This document shows positions 1-10,412 of a stretch of DNA of 64,000 bases, piece by piece (position 1 is the stretch's first letter; each line of letters opens with the position of its first letter). The translations under genes were made by a program, and so were the position numbers. The DNA comes from Candidatus Saccharimonadales bacterium (GTDB taxonomy: Bacteria; Patescibacteriota; Saccharimonadia; Saccharimonadales; JAXHNE01): NCBI GenBank assembly GCA_041600755.1, contig JBFIJL010000001.1, positions 56,798 through 120,797 on the forward strand. Direction: 5' to 3'. The notes below the pieces were generated by a model. That model did no database searches, was not told the origin of the DNA, and saw nothing but the letters and a program-made list of their open reading frames with translations.

Positions 1-13
1 TCAAATTCTTGGC

Positions 14-241
14 AAGAAAAAAGCCCTAGAATTATCTAAGGCTTTCATCATGGTGGAGCTGGCGGGCACGAACACTTAATAAGCTGCTCGGCAACCTGGC
101 AAAAGCCAGGCTCGCAGGACAAGCAAGGAAAACTCAAATAGCCGCTGGCTATTTTCGCCCTCTCGGGCAGTGCCCAAACTTAAACAAGAAAAAAGCCCTA
201 GAATTATCTAAGGCTTTCATCATGGTGGAGCTGGCGGGCAC
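14..241. repeat. 56-bp direct repeat (terminator hairpin + tmRNA 3' end), period 172 bp
   Basis: aagaaaaaagccctagaattatctaaggctttcatcatggtggagctggcgggcac at 14-69 and 186-241. Confidence 0.95.
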
Positions 242-602
242 CGCCCCCGCGTCCGTAAGTGTTTCAAGTAGTCTATCCTACAGGCTTAGATCATTTAATT
301 ACGATTGTTAGATGAAAAATAATCAAAAACTAACAAAAGTTCATCCAAAAGTCTTAGCAATTACTATGGATTCTCGTAACTGAGCAATCTGAAAAATAGC
401 GCTTTGCACAACTATCAGATATCGTCGGCAAAACGGCTTTTAACAATTAAGCAAAAGCTGGTGCGGCTACTGGCATGCGGAACATGCTAGCAACGCGCTG
501 TACAAAAGATGTTGCATCTAGTGATTTTTATCCTATAACGCGGGATTAGCGACCTGCTGATCTACCTGTAAACGAGCTAACGTCGAGCTTAAAGTCAGCC
601 CC
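223..602 (-). ncRNA. ssrA: tmRNA
   Basis: Minus strand starts GGGGCTGA and ends ...GCGGG-GGCGGTG-CCCGCCAGCTCCACCA (Ala-type acceptor stem with G3.U70, CCA end); 380 nt; internal tag frame 515..447 reads ATSFVQRVASMFRMPVAAPAFA*. Confidence 0.95.
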
Positions 603-655
603 ATGTCAAAATTGCGCCATTTTACTGACGCAATTTTACTATACCACTTATGTAT

Positions 656-1432
656 TTAATTTGCAATGACTTCTTGTAGCCCAAACCACTGTTGTAGAGA
701 GAGTTCCTGGGGCCGTGCCGAAGGGTTTATGCCGGCCTTGTTTAGTAAAATTTTGACCTCATCTTTATCTAACTGCAAACCGGCGCTTAGTGAGTTCAAG
801 AGCGTTTTTCTACGATTACTAAATCCTGCCTTAACAATTCTAAAGAACTTCTTTTCGTCAATATCGCCAAATAATGGGTCTGTTCGGCGCTTTAATATAA
901 CTGTTTGTGAATCAACTTTTGGTGGCGGCGTAAAGAACTTTGCAGGCACCTCAATGCCGAGCTCACAATTCCAATAATATTGCGCACTAACGCTCAGCAT
1001 CGACATTTTGCCTGGAGCTGCACAGACACGCTGCGCAACTTCTTTTTGCACCAATAAAACTGCAATCTCGGGCGGATTACTAGACTCACTTATCGTACGA
1101 ATGAGCTTGCTCGTAAGATAGTAGGGGATGTTGGCAACAACCTTGTAGGGTGTGGAGACTTCAGAAAAGTTAAACTGCAAGATATCTTGTTGTACGGTCT
1201 TTACTGCTGGAAAGTTATGTTTCATGTCTATAGCCAGCTGCTCATCGAACTCAACAGCCGTAATGTGCGCGCCGGCGGCAATAAGCTCGCGAGTAAGTGT
1301 GCCAGGACCAGGACCAATCTCAACCACATTATCATCCTTGGCAACCATAGCCTCCGCCACTATCTGGGACAAAATAGTTTTGTCGGTAAGCCAGTGCTGA
1401 CCAAGTGATTTGTTGGTTACAGGCAAACTCAT
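656..1432 (-). CDS. rsmA: 16S rRNA m6,2A dimethyltransferase RsmA/KsgA
   Basis: KSLGQHWL, VEIGPGPG, VANIPYY, FTPPPKVDS, FSNRRKTL motifs. Confidence 0.96.
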   Translation of the reverse strand: MSLPVTNKSLGQHWLTDKTILSQIVAEAMVAKDDNVVEIGPGPGTLTRELIAAGAHITAVEFDEQLAIDMKHNFPAVKTVQQDILQFNFSEVSTPYKVVANIPYYLTSKLIRTISESSNPPEIAVLLVQKEVAQRVCAAPGKMSMLSVSAQYYWNCELGIEVPAKFFTPPPKVDSQTVILKRRTDPLFGDIDEKKFFRIVKAGFSNRRKTLLNSLSAGLQLDKDEVKILLNKAGINPSARPQELSLQQWFGLQEVIAN

Positions 1433-1848
1433 AAATCGAGCAAATCAAGTCCTATGGCTTCGTCATGACGTCGTGACAGCGATACATCGATCACATCAAG
1501 TTTAATTTCGCAGGTGCCGCTAACTGTTAACTCTTTGACATGCCCTCCAAGCCCGCACATTTTCTCGTCAGAAAAGCTGCCGTGAATATGTAGCTTTGGC
1601 TCGCCATCAACCCACGACACATTACCCTGCAAGCTAGTAATCTCTAGTAATTGATCAAAAATTTTCCAATCGTAATACTTCGTGTCTAACTGGTAAAACC
1701 CCAGCTCAACCGACAGAGATCCGCCCAAACCCGAAATCCATGCACCCTGAATATCTTCTTTTTTGACTAAGCTAGTAAGCGATGCAACGAGCTGCTCCCC
1801 CTTGCTAAGCCGAACTATGTATGACTGATCTTGTGCAATGTAATTCAT
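1429..1848 (-). CDS. PPC domain (DUF296) protein
   Basis: EITSLQGN, HIHGSF, GGHV motifs. Confidence 0.85.
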   Translation of the reverse strand: MNYIAQDQSYIVRLSKGEQLVASLTSLVKKEDIQGAWISGLGGSLSVELGFYQLDTKYYDWKIFDQLLEITSLQGNVSWVDGEPKLHIHGSFSDEKMCGLGGHVKELTVSGTCEIKLDVIDVSLSRRHDEAIGLDLLDL

Positions 1849-1866
1849 ATCTCTTCTTAGTATAGC

Positions 1867-3114
1867 CTAGTACCAATGATTTACTTGCCAGAATGCATTT
1901 GCGCCACATGGACTGCCGTAGCGCCCAACCATGTAGCCTATTCCCCACCTAATTTGCACGGCTGGATCGGATTCCCAACCTGCTCCCATTTTACTACCTG
2001 GCAAGGCCTGAGGGATGCCGTACGCACCTGAGCTTCGATTGCGCGCCAGATGATTCCAGCCCGACTCCCGCTGGAAAATATCGTATATACAGCTGAATTG
2101 ATCGCCATACCCCATCTCTGCAGCAATCCTTTGCCCCAAAGCTACGTTTTCTGACGGATTACTAATCACAAATTTTGTACCTCGCACAACTACTTGCACT
2201 GCCGGTTCGCTCACAATAACTTCAGAAATTGCATTCCGCGCAACCTCGACGTCATTCTCTAGAACGATCTCATAAGTCACAACCTTCTCACCTGCTCGAC
2301 CGGCAGTTTTAATTGATTCGATTCCTCTTTGTATATTTGCATCGTCGATGTACTCAATTTGCATCGGAATTTCTTCCTCGACAGTCTCTAGTCTAGTTCC
2401 CACGCGCGCAACCGACACCTTGGTTGATGTTTGTAGTTTTGTGCCCAAAGCTGGCTCCAGCGTGTCATCTGGATTTATCTGTATCCCTTTTTCCTCCAAT
2501 AACTCATCGACTGTTGTCGCGTGAGTCCGAATTTGCACCAACTTGCCGTAAAGATTAAGCGAAACAAGGGTGGCACGATCAATAACAATCCGCTCCTCAA
2601 CTCCGCCAGATTTTATAACTTCCGCAGGCGTTTGCTCGGTTAGCGGCTGTCTCTCGACGATATCCTCTGGAAAGACCTCTACGCCAGCAGCTTTGGCAAC
2701 TGCCCGTGGAGAAGGCTCGGCGGTAAGCGTAACTGTACGGCTGCCCGTTTCATCTTCTACTAGAACAGGACGGGCTTTGTATACATTGATCTGGAAGTTA
2801 TTGTCTGTAATCTCGGCATCCAATGCGGGTTCAACTATATCGGCGCTTTCAACTTTAATTTCCAGCCGATTTAGCAGATCTGCCACGTCAACCGCCCTGG
2901 TTGGTACGACTCGCGACCTACCGTCAACAAAAAGTCGCACGACGCGTGTATCCTGCGCACCCTCAGTGCTTCCACCAAGTAACACCAATCCCATAAGTGT
3001 CACAAAAAATAACACCACAAAAACACTCACCGGAACCACGAATGGATGACGGCTCAGCAACTTCAGCTTGCGCTGCGTCTTCTTAGAGCGTAATTTTTTG
3101 AGTGCTTTCTTCAT
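1867..3114 (-). CDS. Membrane-anchored DUF348/G5 domain protein with C-terminal lytic transglycosylase (RpfB/YabE-like)
   Basis: N-terminal TM, ubiquitin-like repeats, G5 (VVVRGTK), SLT motifs RESGWN...SSGAYGIPQA...RYGSPC; start taken at MKKALKK. Confidence 0.85.
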   Translation of the reverse strand: MKKALKKLRSKKTQRKLKLLSRHPFVVPVSVFVVLFFVTLMGLVLLGGSTEGAQDTRVVRLFVDGRSRVVPTRAVDVADLLNRLEIKVESADIVEPALDAEITDNNFQINVYKARPVLVEDETGSRTVTLTAEPSPRAVAKAAGVEVFPEDIVERQPLTEQTPAEVIKSGGVEERIVIDRATLVSLNLYGKLVQIRTHATTVDELLEEKGIQINPDDTLEPALGTKLQTSTKVSVARVGTRLETVEEEIPMQIEYIDDANIQRGIESIKTAGRAGEKVVTYEIVLENDVEVARNAISEVIVSEPAVQVVVRGTKFVISNPSENVALGQRIAAEMGYGDQFSCIYDIFQRESGWNHLARNRSSGAYGIPQALPGSKMGAGWESDPAVQIRWGIGYMVGRYGSPCGANAFWQVNHWY

Positions 3115-3198
3115 AAAATAGCCACTAGAGTAAAAACAATAACAACAAAATCTAGCAAGCACAAGTATACCAGATTTTAGGCCAATTCTCCAGTGGTG

Positions 3199-5424
3199 CT
3201 AAGTAATTTTTTCCAGTGGTGCAAACTGGATATTGAGCGTCTTATTACCTTTGGATTTGAAATAAATAGTCGCTGTATCGCCATCCATCGATATGATCTT
3301 GCCAATACCAAATAGCTGGTGTTTCACGGTGTCGCCTTCATCAAGGGTTGGGTACTCTTGGCTTTCGTCATAGCTTGGCATGTCGTCAACAAACTGCGGT
3401 GGACGGGGCGGCTTGGGCGCCTCGGTTGGTTTAGTATACCCAGACTGCTGCCTGTCAGCGAACGACTTGAAACTTCCACCAGACAATCCAGCCGCTCGTT
3501 CTGAATCGAGCAATGAACTGTCAATTTCACTCATAAACCTACTAGGTGGATTATGTTGCACTCCTCCGTATAACATTCTGCTCACGGCATGCATCATATA
3601 CAATTCTGATTTTGCACGAGTCATACCCACGTAACACAACCGACGCTCTTCTTCCATTTCTGACTGATCGTATAATGCCCTGGAATGTGGGAATAGCGAC
3701 TCCTCCATGCCCATCATGAACACCACCGGAAACTCCAGACCTTTTGCAGCATGGAGAGTCATAAGCGTAACTGCATTACTATTTTCATCAAAGCTATCCA
3801 GGTCGCTTACGAGCGCAATTTCCTCTAAGAATCCATCAAGTCCTACATCTTGGTATTGTTGTGCTACGCTCAAAAGCTCTTGTACGTTTTCTTTACGCGA
3901 TTCGCCCTGAGCTGAGCCGTCATCTATGAACGCCAAGTAGTCCAAACGCTTCACGAGAGCCTCCAGTAGCTCCGGAAGAGGTCGGTCATTCATGACTTCT
4001 CTGAAGCTGATCAGTAGGTCTGCTATGTCTCTGAAGCCCTTGATGGCTTTTGGTGTTAGTTTCATTGAGTCTACGTCAGCCAGTGCCTGAATTAGGGTAA
4101 CCCCACTCGCATTCATGTAATCATTAAATACTTGCAGCGATTTTGCACCAATGCCTCTCGTCGGTGTATTTACAATCCGCTGAAAACTCACCCGATCTTC
4201 GGGCTGATACAGCAAACGCAAGTACGCCATTATGTCCTTGATCTCCTTGCGATCATAAAATCTAACACCGCCAACAACACGATATGGCACTCCATAGCGT
4301 ACGAAAGCTTCTTCGATGGACCGACTCTGTGCATTCGTTCGGTAAAGAACTGCAAAATCCTTGAACTGCCGGAGTCCATGTTGCAGTGCAGTTTGTACTC
4401 GCGTCACAACGAGCTCTGCCTCTGCGCGCTCATTAAAAGCCTCGATAACCTTAACTGGCTGACCTTTAGCACCATCTGTCCATAGCTGTTTTTTGGAACG
4501 CTGCTCATTCTTGGTAATCACCGCGTGGGCGGCATCCAGAATTGCTTTGGTGCTGCGATAGTTTTGTTCCAGCTTGATTACAGACACGCCTGGATGATCA
4601 TTTTCAAAATTTAGAATATTGCGGAAATCTGCACCACGCCAAGAATAAATACTCTGCCAATCATCGCCAACAACAGCTATATTGTTTGCCGAGCTTGTGA
4701 GCAGTCGCACCAGCTTATACTGCGCAGCATTGGTGTCCTGATACTCATCAATCATCACGTATTTGAATTGCTTTTGCCACTTTGCGCGGATTTCTTCGTG
4801 GTACTCCATGAGATGCACTGTCTTAGAAATCAAGTCGTCAAAATCAAGTGCTCCGTTATCCTTAAGCATCTTTTCGTACAAGGGGTAGACTTTTGCGGCA
4901 GCGACTTGAGTTGGACTTTTAGTCGAGCCGGCAAATTTATCAGGTCCAATCAGGTCATTCTTGGCGCTACTAATAACATGGGATAGGCCACGGGCTGGAA
5001 AAGCTTTCTCGTCAAGCGACAAACGCTTACTGACTTGCTTAATGGCTGACTGTCGATCAGATTCATCAAAGATTACAAAATTTTTAGGCACACCAACGTG
5101 ATCGCCGTCTTGGCGAAGTAACCGCACACAAATACTGTGAAAGGTCCCCATATACGGCATAAAACTTCGGTTATCCGGGTTTTGTCCCAGTAGCTCTGCA
5201 ACGCGAGTTCGCATTTCACCCGCCGCCTTGTTCGTGAACGTCACCGACAATATGTTATATGGTGTAGCCTTTTTGGTATCGATAAGATAGGCAATGCGAT
5301 GAGTAAGGGTTTTTGTCTTGCCAGATCCGGCGCCGGCCTGAATCAGTAATGGACCTTCGGTCGTCTCGACCGCACGTCGCTGTTCATCATTTAATCCTGT
5401 AAGTAAGTCATTTTGCATGCTCAT
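3199..5424 (-). CDS. pcrA: ATP-dependent DNA helicase PcrA/UvrD
   Basis: AGAGSGKT, DEYQDTN, VGDDWQSIY, NYRST, TLHAAKGLEF, EERRLCYVGMTRA. Confidence 0.96.
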   Translation of the reverse strand: MSMQNDLLTGLNDEQRRAVETTEGPLLIQAGAGSGKTKTLTHRIAYLIDTKKATPYNILSVTFTNKAAGEMRTRVAELLGQNPDNRSFMPYMGTFHSICVRLLRQDGDHVGVPKNFVIFDESDRQSAIKQVSKRLSLDEKAFPARGLSHVISSAKNDLIGPDKFAGSTKSPTQVAAAKVYPLYEKMLKDNGALDFDDLISKTVHLMEYHEEIRAKWQKQFKYVMIDEYQDTNAAQYKLVRLLTSSANNIAVVGDDWQSIYSWRGADFRNILNFENDHPGVSVIKLEQNYRSTKAILDAAHAVITKNEQRSKKQLWTDGAKGQPVKVIEAFNERAEAELVVTRVQTALQHGLRQFKDFAVLYRTNAQSRSIEEAFVRYGVPYRVVGGVRFYDRKEIKDIMAYLRLLYQPEDRVSFQRIVNTPTRGIGAKSLQVFNDYMNASGVTLIQALADVDSMKLTPKAIKGFRDIADLLISFREVMNDRPLPELLEALVKRLDYLAFIDDGSAQGESRKENVQELLSVAQQYQDVGLDGFLEEIALVSDLDSFDENSNAVTLMTLHAAKGLEFPVVFMMGMEESLFPHSRALYDQSEMEEERRLCYVGMTRAKSELYMMHAVSRMLYGGVQHNPPSRFMSEIDSSLLDSERAAGLSGGSFKSFADRQQSGYTKPTEAPKPPRPPQFVDDMPSYDESQEYPTLDEGDTVKHQLFGIGKIISMDGDTATIYFKSKGNKTLNIQFAPLEKIT

Positions 5425-5439
5425 GTATTCTAACAGCAA

Positions 5440-6093
5440 CTACTGTGCAAAAAGGTTGTGATTTTTCTCAATCACTTGCGACATGAATGTCTCGAGGTTG
5501 GTTTTGGCTTGTAGAGCACGCGCTTCGCACACATTTGCCTTCGCCCCACAATCATTCTGATAGTCTGCGGTCGCCACGAACATGTACTCATGAAACTTTA
5601 TAGGCGCTAGCATCGCAAAGCGACGATAATCATCGCGCACAAACCATCCGGCATGCACACCAACGCTGTTGATTTCGACCCGCTGCAGAGTACAGGCTTC
5701 ACCTGCAAATTGTCGTAGTGCGCCATCGTAGACACAAGCTTGCTGCTCATCGTCAAATGGGTCGTAGGCGGGGTTTCTAGAATCGTAGACAGAAATTGTA
5801 AAGTCGCGCGTGGCATAGCGGCTCTGAATATCTAGGTTGGTGAGCGGCTCAGCGATAAATGGTGCTTGGTGAGAAGGGAAAACTATCCCAAATCCCTGTC
5901 GATCAAAGTAAAAAGCTTCAAATCCCTGGGGTGGCTGCAATGACCCGTCATTATAATCGCGAACAAGCTCAAGTGGAGCGACATGTTTTGGCTGCTGCTG
6001 CAAAGAAATCACTACCCACACGCTTGCTGCGCCAACGGCTACGATAACAAAAAAATATAGCCAGCGAACTGTTGATCGTGAGTAGCCTCGCAT
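5440..6093 (-). CDS. Hypothetical membrane-anchored exported protein
   Basis: N-terminal TM helix, four Cys; fills operon between neighbours. Confidence 0.6.
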   Translation of the reverse strand: MRGYSRSTVRWLYFFVIVAVGAASVWVVISLQQQPKHVAPLELVRDYNDGSLQPPQGFEAFYFDRQGFGIVFPSHQAPFIAEPLTNLDIQSRYATRDFTISVYDSRNPAYDPFDDEQQACVYDGALRQFAGEACTLQRVEINSVGVHAGWFVRDDYRRFAMLAPIKFHEYMFVATADYQNDCGAKANVCEARALQAKTNLETFMSQVIEKNHNLFAQ

Positions 6094-6097
6094 GCCC

Positions 6098-6700
6098 CTA
6101 TAGGAACTCAAAAGGTAAATGAATGCCCGGGAGTAACAATTCCGCGTCAATAGCCAAATAAAGACCGATGATTACACACAAAACGAACAGACTTATGAAT
6201 AGCTCAATTCGCAAGCGACGTTTTGTCAGTTGTGCAATTGGCACGAAATAAGTCTTTTGCTCTATGTGATTATTCAAGGCTTCACGAATCTTTGGGTCTT
6301 CCTTCTTGGATTTCTTGGCCTTAATCGCGACATCGGCGAGCGCGTCAACAGCGGCAGAAGACATTGAAGGCGCATCGGTGGATGACTCCTTTTTGGTACT
6401 TTTAGTTTCAGCTTCATCGGACTTTGAATCAGTATCAGCTGGTTGTTCTGATTCTTCATTAGCCAGAGGCTTTATTGTTTTTTTGGGCTCAGATGGAGTC
6501 TGAGCTGCTTCTGTCTCTTCAACTGAAGACTCTTCTACTGCCTGATCAGTTTTAGGAGCATCTGCCATCATGGGATCCTTCATCAGTGAACGACCTTTTA
6601 AAATTACTGGTCGAGATGTGGCGCTAGCTGGTGACTTACCGGGAGCGGCAACATCAAAGACTCGCTTGGTTTCAGTGCTTGGTATACTCTTCTCTGCCAC
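6098..6700 (-). CDS. Hypothetical protein, low-complexity N-terminus and C-terminal TM
   Basis: 200-aa ORF in operon downstream of tpiA; hydrophobic C-terminal helix. Confidence 0.7.
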   Translation of the reverse strand: MAEKSIPSTETKRVFDVAAPGKSPASATSRPVILKGRSLMKDPMMADAPKTDQAVEESSVEETEAAQTPSEPKKTIKPLANEESEQPADTDSKSDEAETKSTKKESSTDAPSMSSAAVDALADVAIKAKKSKKEDPKIREALNNHIEQKTYFVPIAQLTKRRLRIELFISLFVLCVIIGLYLAIDAELLLPGIHLPFEFL

Positions 6701-6709
6701 AGCTTGGGC

Positions 6710-7510
6710 TTATCCGTTCTTCTCTTGAGTCATGTCGTATGCAGTACTTACCATGCTCGAAAATGCATGATAGTTAAGACTGGCGCCGCCGGGAAGCAAT
6801 CCATCAATACCGGGTACACTCAAATACGATTTAGCATTCTCGGCATTCGTGCTTCCACCATAAAGAATACGGACGGTCTCTGAAGCCTTTTTACCGTATA
6901 GATCCTTAATCACGTGTCGAATGTATGCAGCAATGTTTTCAACATCTTCAGCAGTTGCCACTTCGTGATTGGCGTAATTTTTGCCACCGCTAATAGCCCA
7001 CACTGGTTCGTAAGCAACTACCACTCGCTCGATGTCATCTGAAGTTAAATTACTAAGAGCCGACACAATCTGGTCGTGCACAACTTGCTTGGTTTCGCCT
7101 GCCAATTTTTCGTGTTTAGTTTCGCCAACACAAAGAATCGGTGATATATCATTACGAACGCACGATGCGACCTTATCTCGAACAACCTCAAGTGTTTCAC
7201 CGAATGCATTGCGACGTTCTGAGTGTCCAATAATCACATAATGCACAAGATCGCGAAGCATCGTAAAGCTCACCTCACCAGTAAATGCGCCTTCGTCCTT
7301 ATGGTAAGCGTTCTGAGCTGCTAGCCTAAACTTACGGCGGTCGATCTGCATAGTCAACGGCTGCAAGACTAAGGTGCTTGGAGCCAGCACTACTTCGACA
7401 TCACGATGAATCTTGATTCTCTCATGCAAACGATGAAGTAGCAGACTAGCCTGACTCGCATTCAGATGCATCTTCCAATTTCCTACGATGATTTTTTTTC
7501 TATTATTCAT
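6710..7510 (-). CDS. tpiA: Triosephosphate isomerase
   Basis: GNWKM, GHSERR, AYEPVWAI, YGGS, GGASL. Confidence 0.96.
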   Translation of the reverse strand: MNNRKKIIVGNWKMHLNASQASLLLHRLHERIKIHRDVEVVLAPSTLVLQPLTMQIDRRKFRLAAQNAYHKDEGAFTGEVSFTMLRDLVHYVIIGHSERRNAFGETLEVVRDKVASCVRNDISPILCVGETKHEKLAGETKQVVHDQIVSALSNLTSDDIERVVVAYEPVWAISGGKNYANHEVATAEDVENIAAYIRHVIKDLYGKKASETVRILYGGSTNAENAKSYLSVPGIDGLLPGGASLNYHAFSSMVSTAYDMTQEKNG

Positions 7511-7537
7511 AATTCTTATCCTTAGTATAGCATTCTG

Positions 7538-8833
7538 CTACGAATCCTTATTCTGGAGTGCCTCAACACCCGGTAATTGCTTGCCACTCATGAGCTCTAG
7601 ACTCGCACCACCACCTGTAGACACATGATTGAAGTGATCTAGTAAACCCTCCGACTCAACATAACCAACCGTATCTCCACCGCCAACAAGCGTAAATGGC
7701 TTATTTCCATAAGCTCCAAGCATGGCATTCATAATAACGTCGGTTCCATGGGCAAAAGGACCAACGGGGCCCTGCAATCCATCTTGCTCGGTTACGCCCA
7801 TGCCACCGTTCCAAACAACCGTTTCGGAAAGTTGCAAACATCCCGCAATGAACGATCCAGAGAAAGGTCCAATATCTAAAATCATCTCGTCGGCTGCAAT
7901 GGTAGTTGCGCTCTTACTGGCTCTTTTTGGATACGCCTCAATATCTGCAATCACATGTGCGTCCCAATCAACAATTCGAGTCGACGCAGACTTATCAATC
8001 TTTTTCGCTACCACGCCATCTTGGGGAATATAGAATACAAAGTTCTCCTTTGCGGTTCTAGCTTTCGCCTTTGCAATGATTTTTTTGGCGATCGGAACGT
8101 CCTCTGGTTCTACTAAGCTTTTTGCAACATCTATCCCTTCGGCCAATAAGAATGTATTGGCCATTGCGCCGCCAACCGCCACGATGTCTGCGATTTCTAT
8201 AAACCTATTCAAAATCTCTATCTTGTCGCTTATTTTTGCGCCACCAATAATTGCCATCAGCGGACGAGTTGGTCTTTCCATTACATCACTAATCGTTGTC
8301 ACTTCTTTTTCTAACAGCAAGCCCGCAACACTTTGGATATGTCTTGTTACTGCGTCAGTTGAGGCGTGAGCACGGTGCACAACACCAAAAGCATCCTGCA
8401 CAAAAACGTCCGCCAACGAGGCCAGCTGCCGTCCAAAACCATCATCGTTGGCTTCTTCGTCGTCATGATATCGTAAGTTTTCCAGCAATATAATCTCGTC
8501 CTGCTTTGCATGATTAATCAGTTCGACAACTTCTTCTCCGACACAATCTTTTGCTAGTGTAACGTCAGCTCCTGTCAACTTCTGCAACTGCTTAGCAACT
8601 GGCTTCATTGAAACCGACTGATCATCTGCACTTTTGGGTCTACCAAGATGCGAACAGATGACTATCTTGCAGTTCTGTTCACGCAAATATTGAATCGTGG
8701 GCAATGACTGCAAAATTCGATAATCGCTGGTGATTTTTCCATTCTCGAGCGGCACATTATAGTCAGCACGCAATAGGACAGTCTTACCGTGTATGTCGAT
8801 GTCTTTGATTGTTTTTTTATAAAATCCCACCAC
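7538..8833 (-). CDS. pgk: Phosphoglycerate kinase
   Basis: RADYNVP, SHLGRP, LLENLRY, HRAHAS, GGGDT, STGGGASL. Confidence 0.97.
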   Translation of the reverse strand: MVGFYKKTIKDIDIHGKTVLLRADYNVPLENGKITSDYRILQSLPTIQYLREQNCKIVICSHLGRPKSADDQSVSMKPVAKQLQKLTGADVTLAKDCVGEEVVELINHAKQDEIILLENLRYHDDEEANDDGFGRQLASLADVFVQDAFGVVHRAHASTDAVTRHIQSVAGLLLEKEVTTISDVMERPTRPLMAIIGGAKISDKIEILNRFIEIADIVAVGGAMANTFLLAEGIDVAKSLVEPEDVPIAKKIIAKAKARTAKENFVFYIPQDGVVAKKIDKSASTRIVDWDAHVIADIEAYPKRASKSATTIAADEMILDIGPFSGSFIAGCLQLSETVVWNGGMGVTEQDGLQGPVGPFAHGTDVIMNAMLGAYGNKPFTLVGGGDTVGYVESEGLLDHFNHVSTGGGASLELMSGKQLPGVEALQNKDS

Positions 8834-8850
8834 GGACTCCTTTACGTGAC

Positions 8851-10284
8851 CTACGTAATTACTCGAACTTTTACTGTGTCGGTTGTGCCAACAACTCCTG
8901 GATATTGACCACTTGCGGTAATGACCATATCGCCCTTGCTAAATACTCGGCTTTTTTGAAGCCAGGAAGTTAGTTTTGTTGCGGCTTTGGGATCATCGGG
9001 GCGGATAAAACTTTTAATTCCATAAGATATCGCTAATTGTTGCGCCACGCGCTCATCGGAAGTTACGGCGATGATTGGCAAGCCTGGTCGCCGTGAACTA
9101 ATGTTGATTGCCGTAGATCCAGATTTGGTTTCTGCGACAATTGCTTTTGCTCCAAGATTATCTGCGAGGCTGATGATCGCCAGCGATATTGCATTTTGCC
9201 GCGTTTTGTCATCATATTTAGGAAATGTAACTTGCAGTGGTGCATTTGCCTGTGAATACATGATCACGCGCTTCATGACACGCACTGCTTCAATTGGGTA
9301 CTTGCCAGCGGCTGTTTCGTCCGACAGCATTGTGGCATCAGCTCCGACTATTACAGCCGTCGCAACATCTGACACTTCGGCGCGCGTAGGCTCTGGGAAT
9401 TCCGACATACTTGCAAGCATTTGAGTAGCTACAATAGTTGGTTTGCCGTAACGCATTCCAAGGCCTATGATTTTGCGCTGCACAATTGGCACCGACTCAG
9501 GAGAAGTTTCAATCGCCAAGTCGCCGCGAGCGACCATTACAGCATCGGCTTCCTGGACTATCGCCTCTAGGTTATCTATCGCAGCATTTGTTTCTATCTT
9601 GGCAATGATCTTAGCTTTTGAGCCGTGATTCCGTAGAATTGTGCGAAGTTGACGAATATCTGCAGCAGTCTGGACAAAACTAAGTGCCATGTAATCAACG
9701 TCGTGTGCTGCACCAAAAACTACGTCTTTTTTGTCCTTGCCGGTTATTATGTCACCGCCAAAATCAGTATCCGGCAGGTTTATGCCTTTGCGCTTAATCA
9801 AAATTCCGTCGTTCTCCACTCGTACATGAACCATATCGTCGGAAACGCTGGTAATAGTAGTGCGCACTTTTCCATCATAAATATAAAGACGCTCTCCACG
9901 CTTCACTTTTTTTGATAAATCAAACTGTACTGGAATTGGACCACCTTCGCGGTACTCTCCCTTGTATTGCAGCTGTAGCTGCTGGCCAGCCTTCACGGTG
10001 ACTATGCCCTCAAAGTCACCAAGACGAATTTTTGGACCTTGTAAATCTTGAATGATTGCAACTGGCTTGCTAAGCTCTTTCGAAGCTTTTCTCGCCCAAT
10101 TAATACGAGTCAAGTGCTCATCATAATCGCCATGGCTAAAGTTGAGTCGAATTCCATTCGCGCCATTATCAATCAACGCTCGGACCAATTCATAGGTATC
10201 AGTCGCCGGGCCGGCCGTTGCGATAATCTTTGTTCGCTTGTAATCTTCCACGGCAACGCCCGGAGCTTTCATTGTGCTATTCAT
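8851..10284 (-). CDS. pyk: Pyruvate kinase
   Basis: RTKIIATAGP, RLNFSHG, DLQGPKIR, MVARGDL, ATQML, MLSDETA. Confidence 0.97.
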   Translation of the reverse strand: MNSTMKAPGVAVEDYKRTKIIATAGPATDTYELVRALIDNGANGIRLNFSHGDYDEHLTRINWARKASKELSKPVAIIQDLQGPKIRLGDFEGIVTVKAGQQLQLQYKGEYREGGPIPVQFDLSKKVKRGERLYIYDGKVRTTITSVSDDMVHVRVENDGILIKRKGINLPDTDFGGDIITGKDKKDVVFGAAHDVDYMALSFVQTAADIRQLRTILRNHGSKAKIIAKIETNAAIDNLEAIVQEADAVMVARGDLAIETSPESVPIVQRKIIGLGMRYGKPTIVATQMLASMSEFPEPTRAEVSDVATAVIVGADATMLSDETAAGKYPIEAVRVMKRVIMYSQANAPLQVTFPKYDDKTRQNAISLAIISLADNLGAKAIVAETKSGSTAINISSRRPGLPIIAVTSDERVAQQLAISYGIKSFIRPDDPKAATKLTSWLQKSRVFSKGDMVITASGQYPGVVGTTDTVKVRVIT

Positions 10285-10412
10285 TACTACCAGTGTAGCG
10301 CCATCTTGAATTAGCGCAAGCGTTATCTTAGCAGAGAGTCACTGTTTTTATACAAATCTACAGCTAAACGCTGGTCATAGTTCGGGTGCTTACTTCTGTT
10401 TCTTTTCAGAAA

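Noticed and set aside
14-241. CRISPR array interpretation of the direct repeats
   Set aside because: Only two copies, the repeat is the tmRNA 3' end plus terminator, spacer is over 100 bp, and no cas genes are present
6710-7510. TpiA loop variants (AISGG for AIGTG; LPGGAS)
   Set aside because: Catalytic Lys, His and Glu are intact; ordinary divergence
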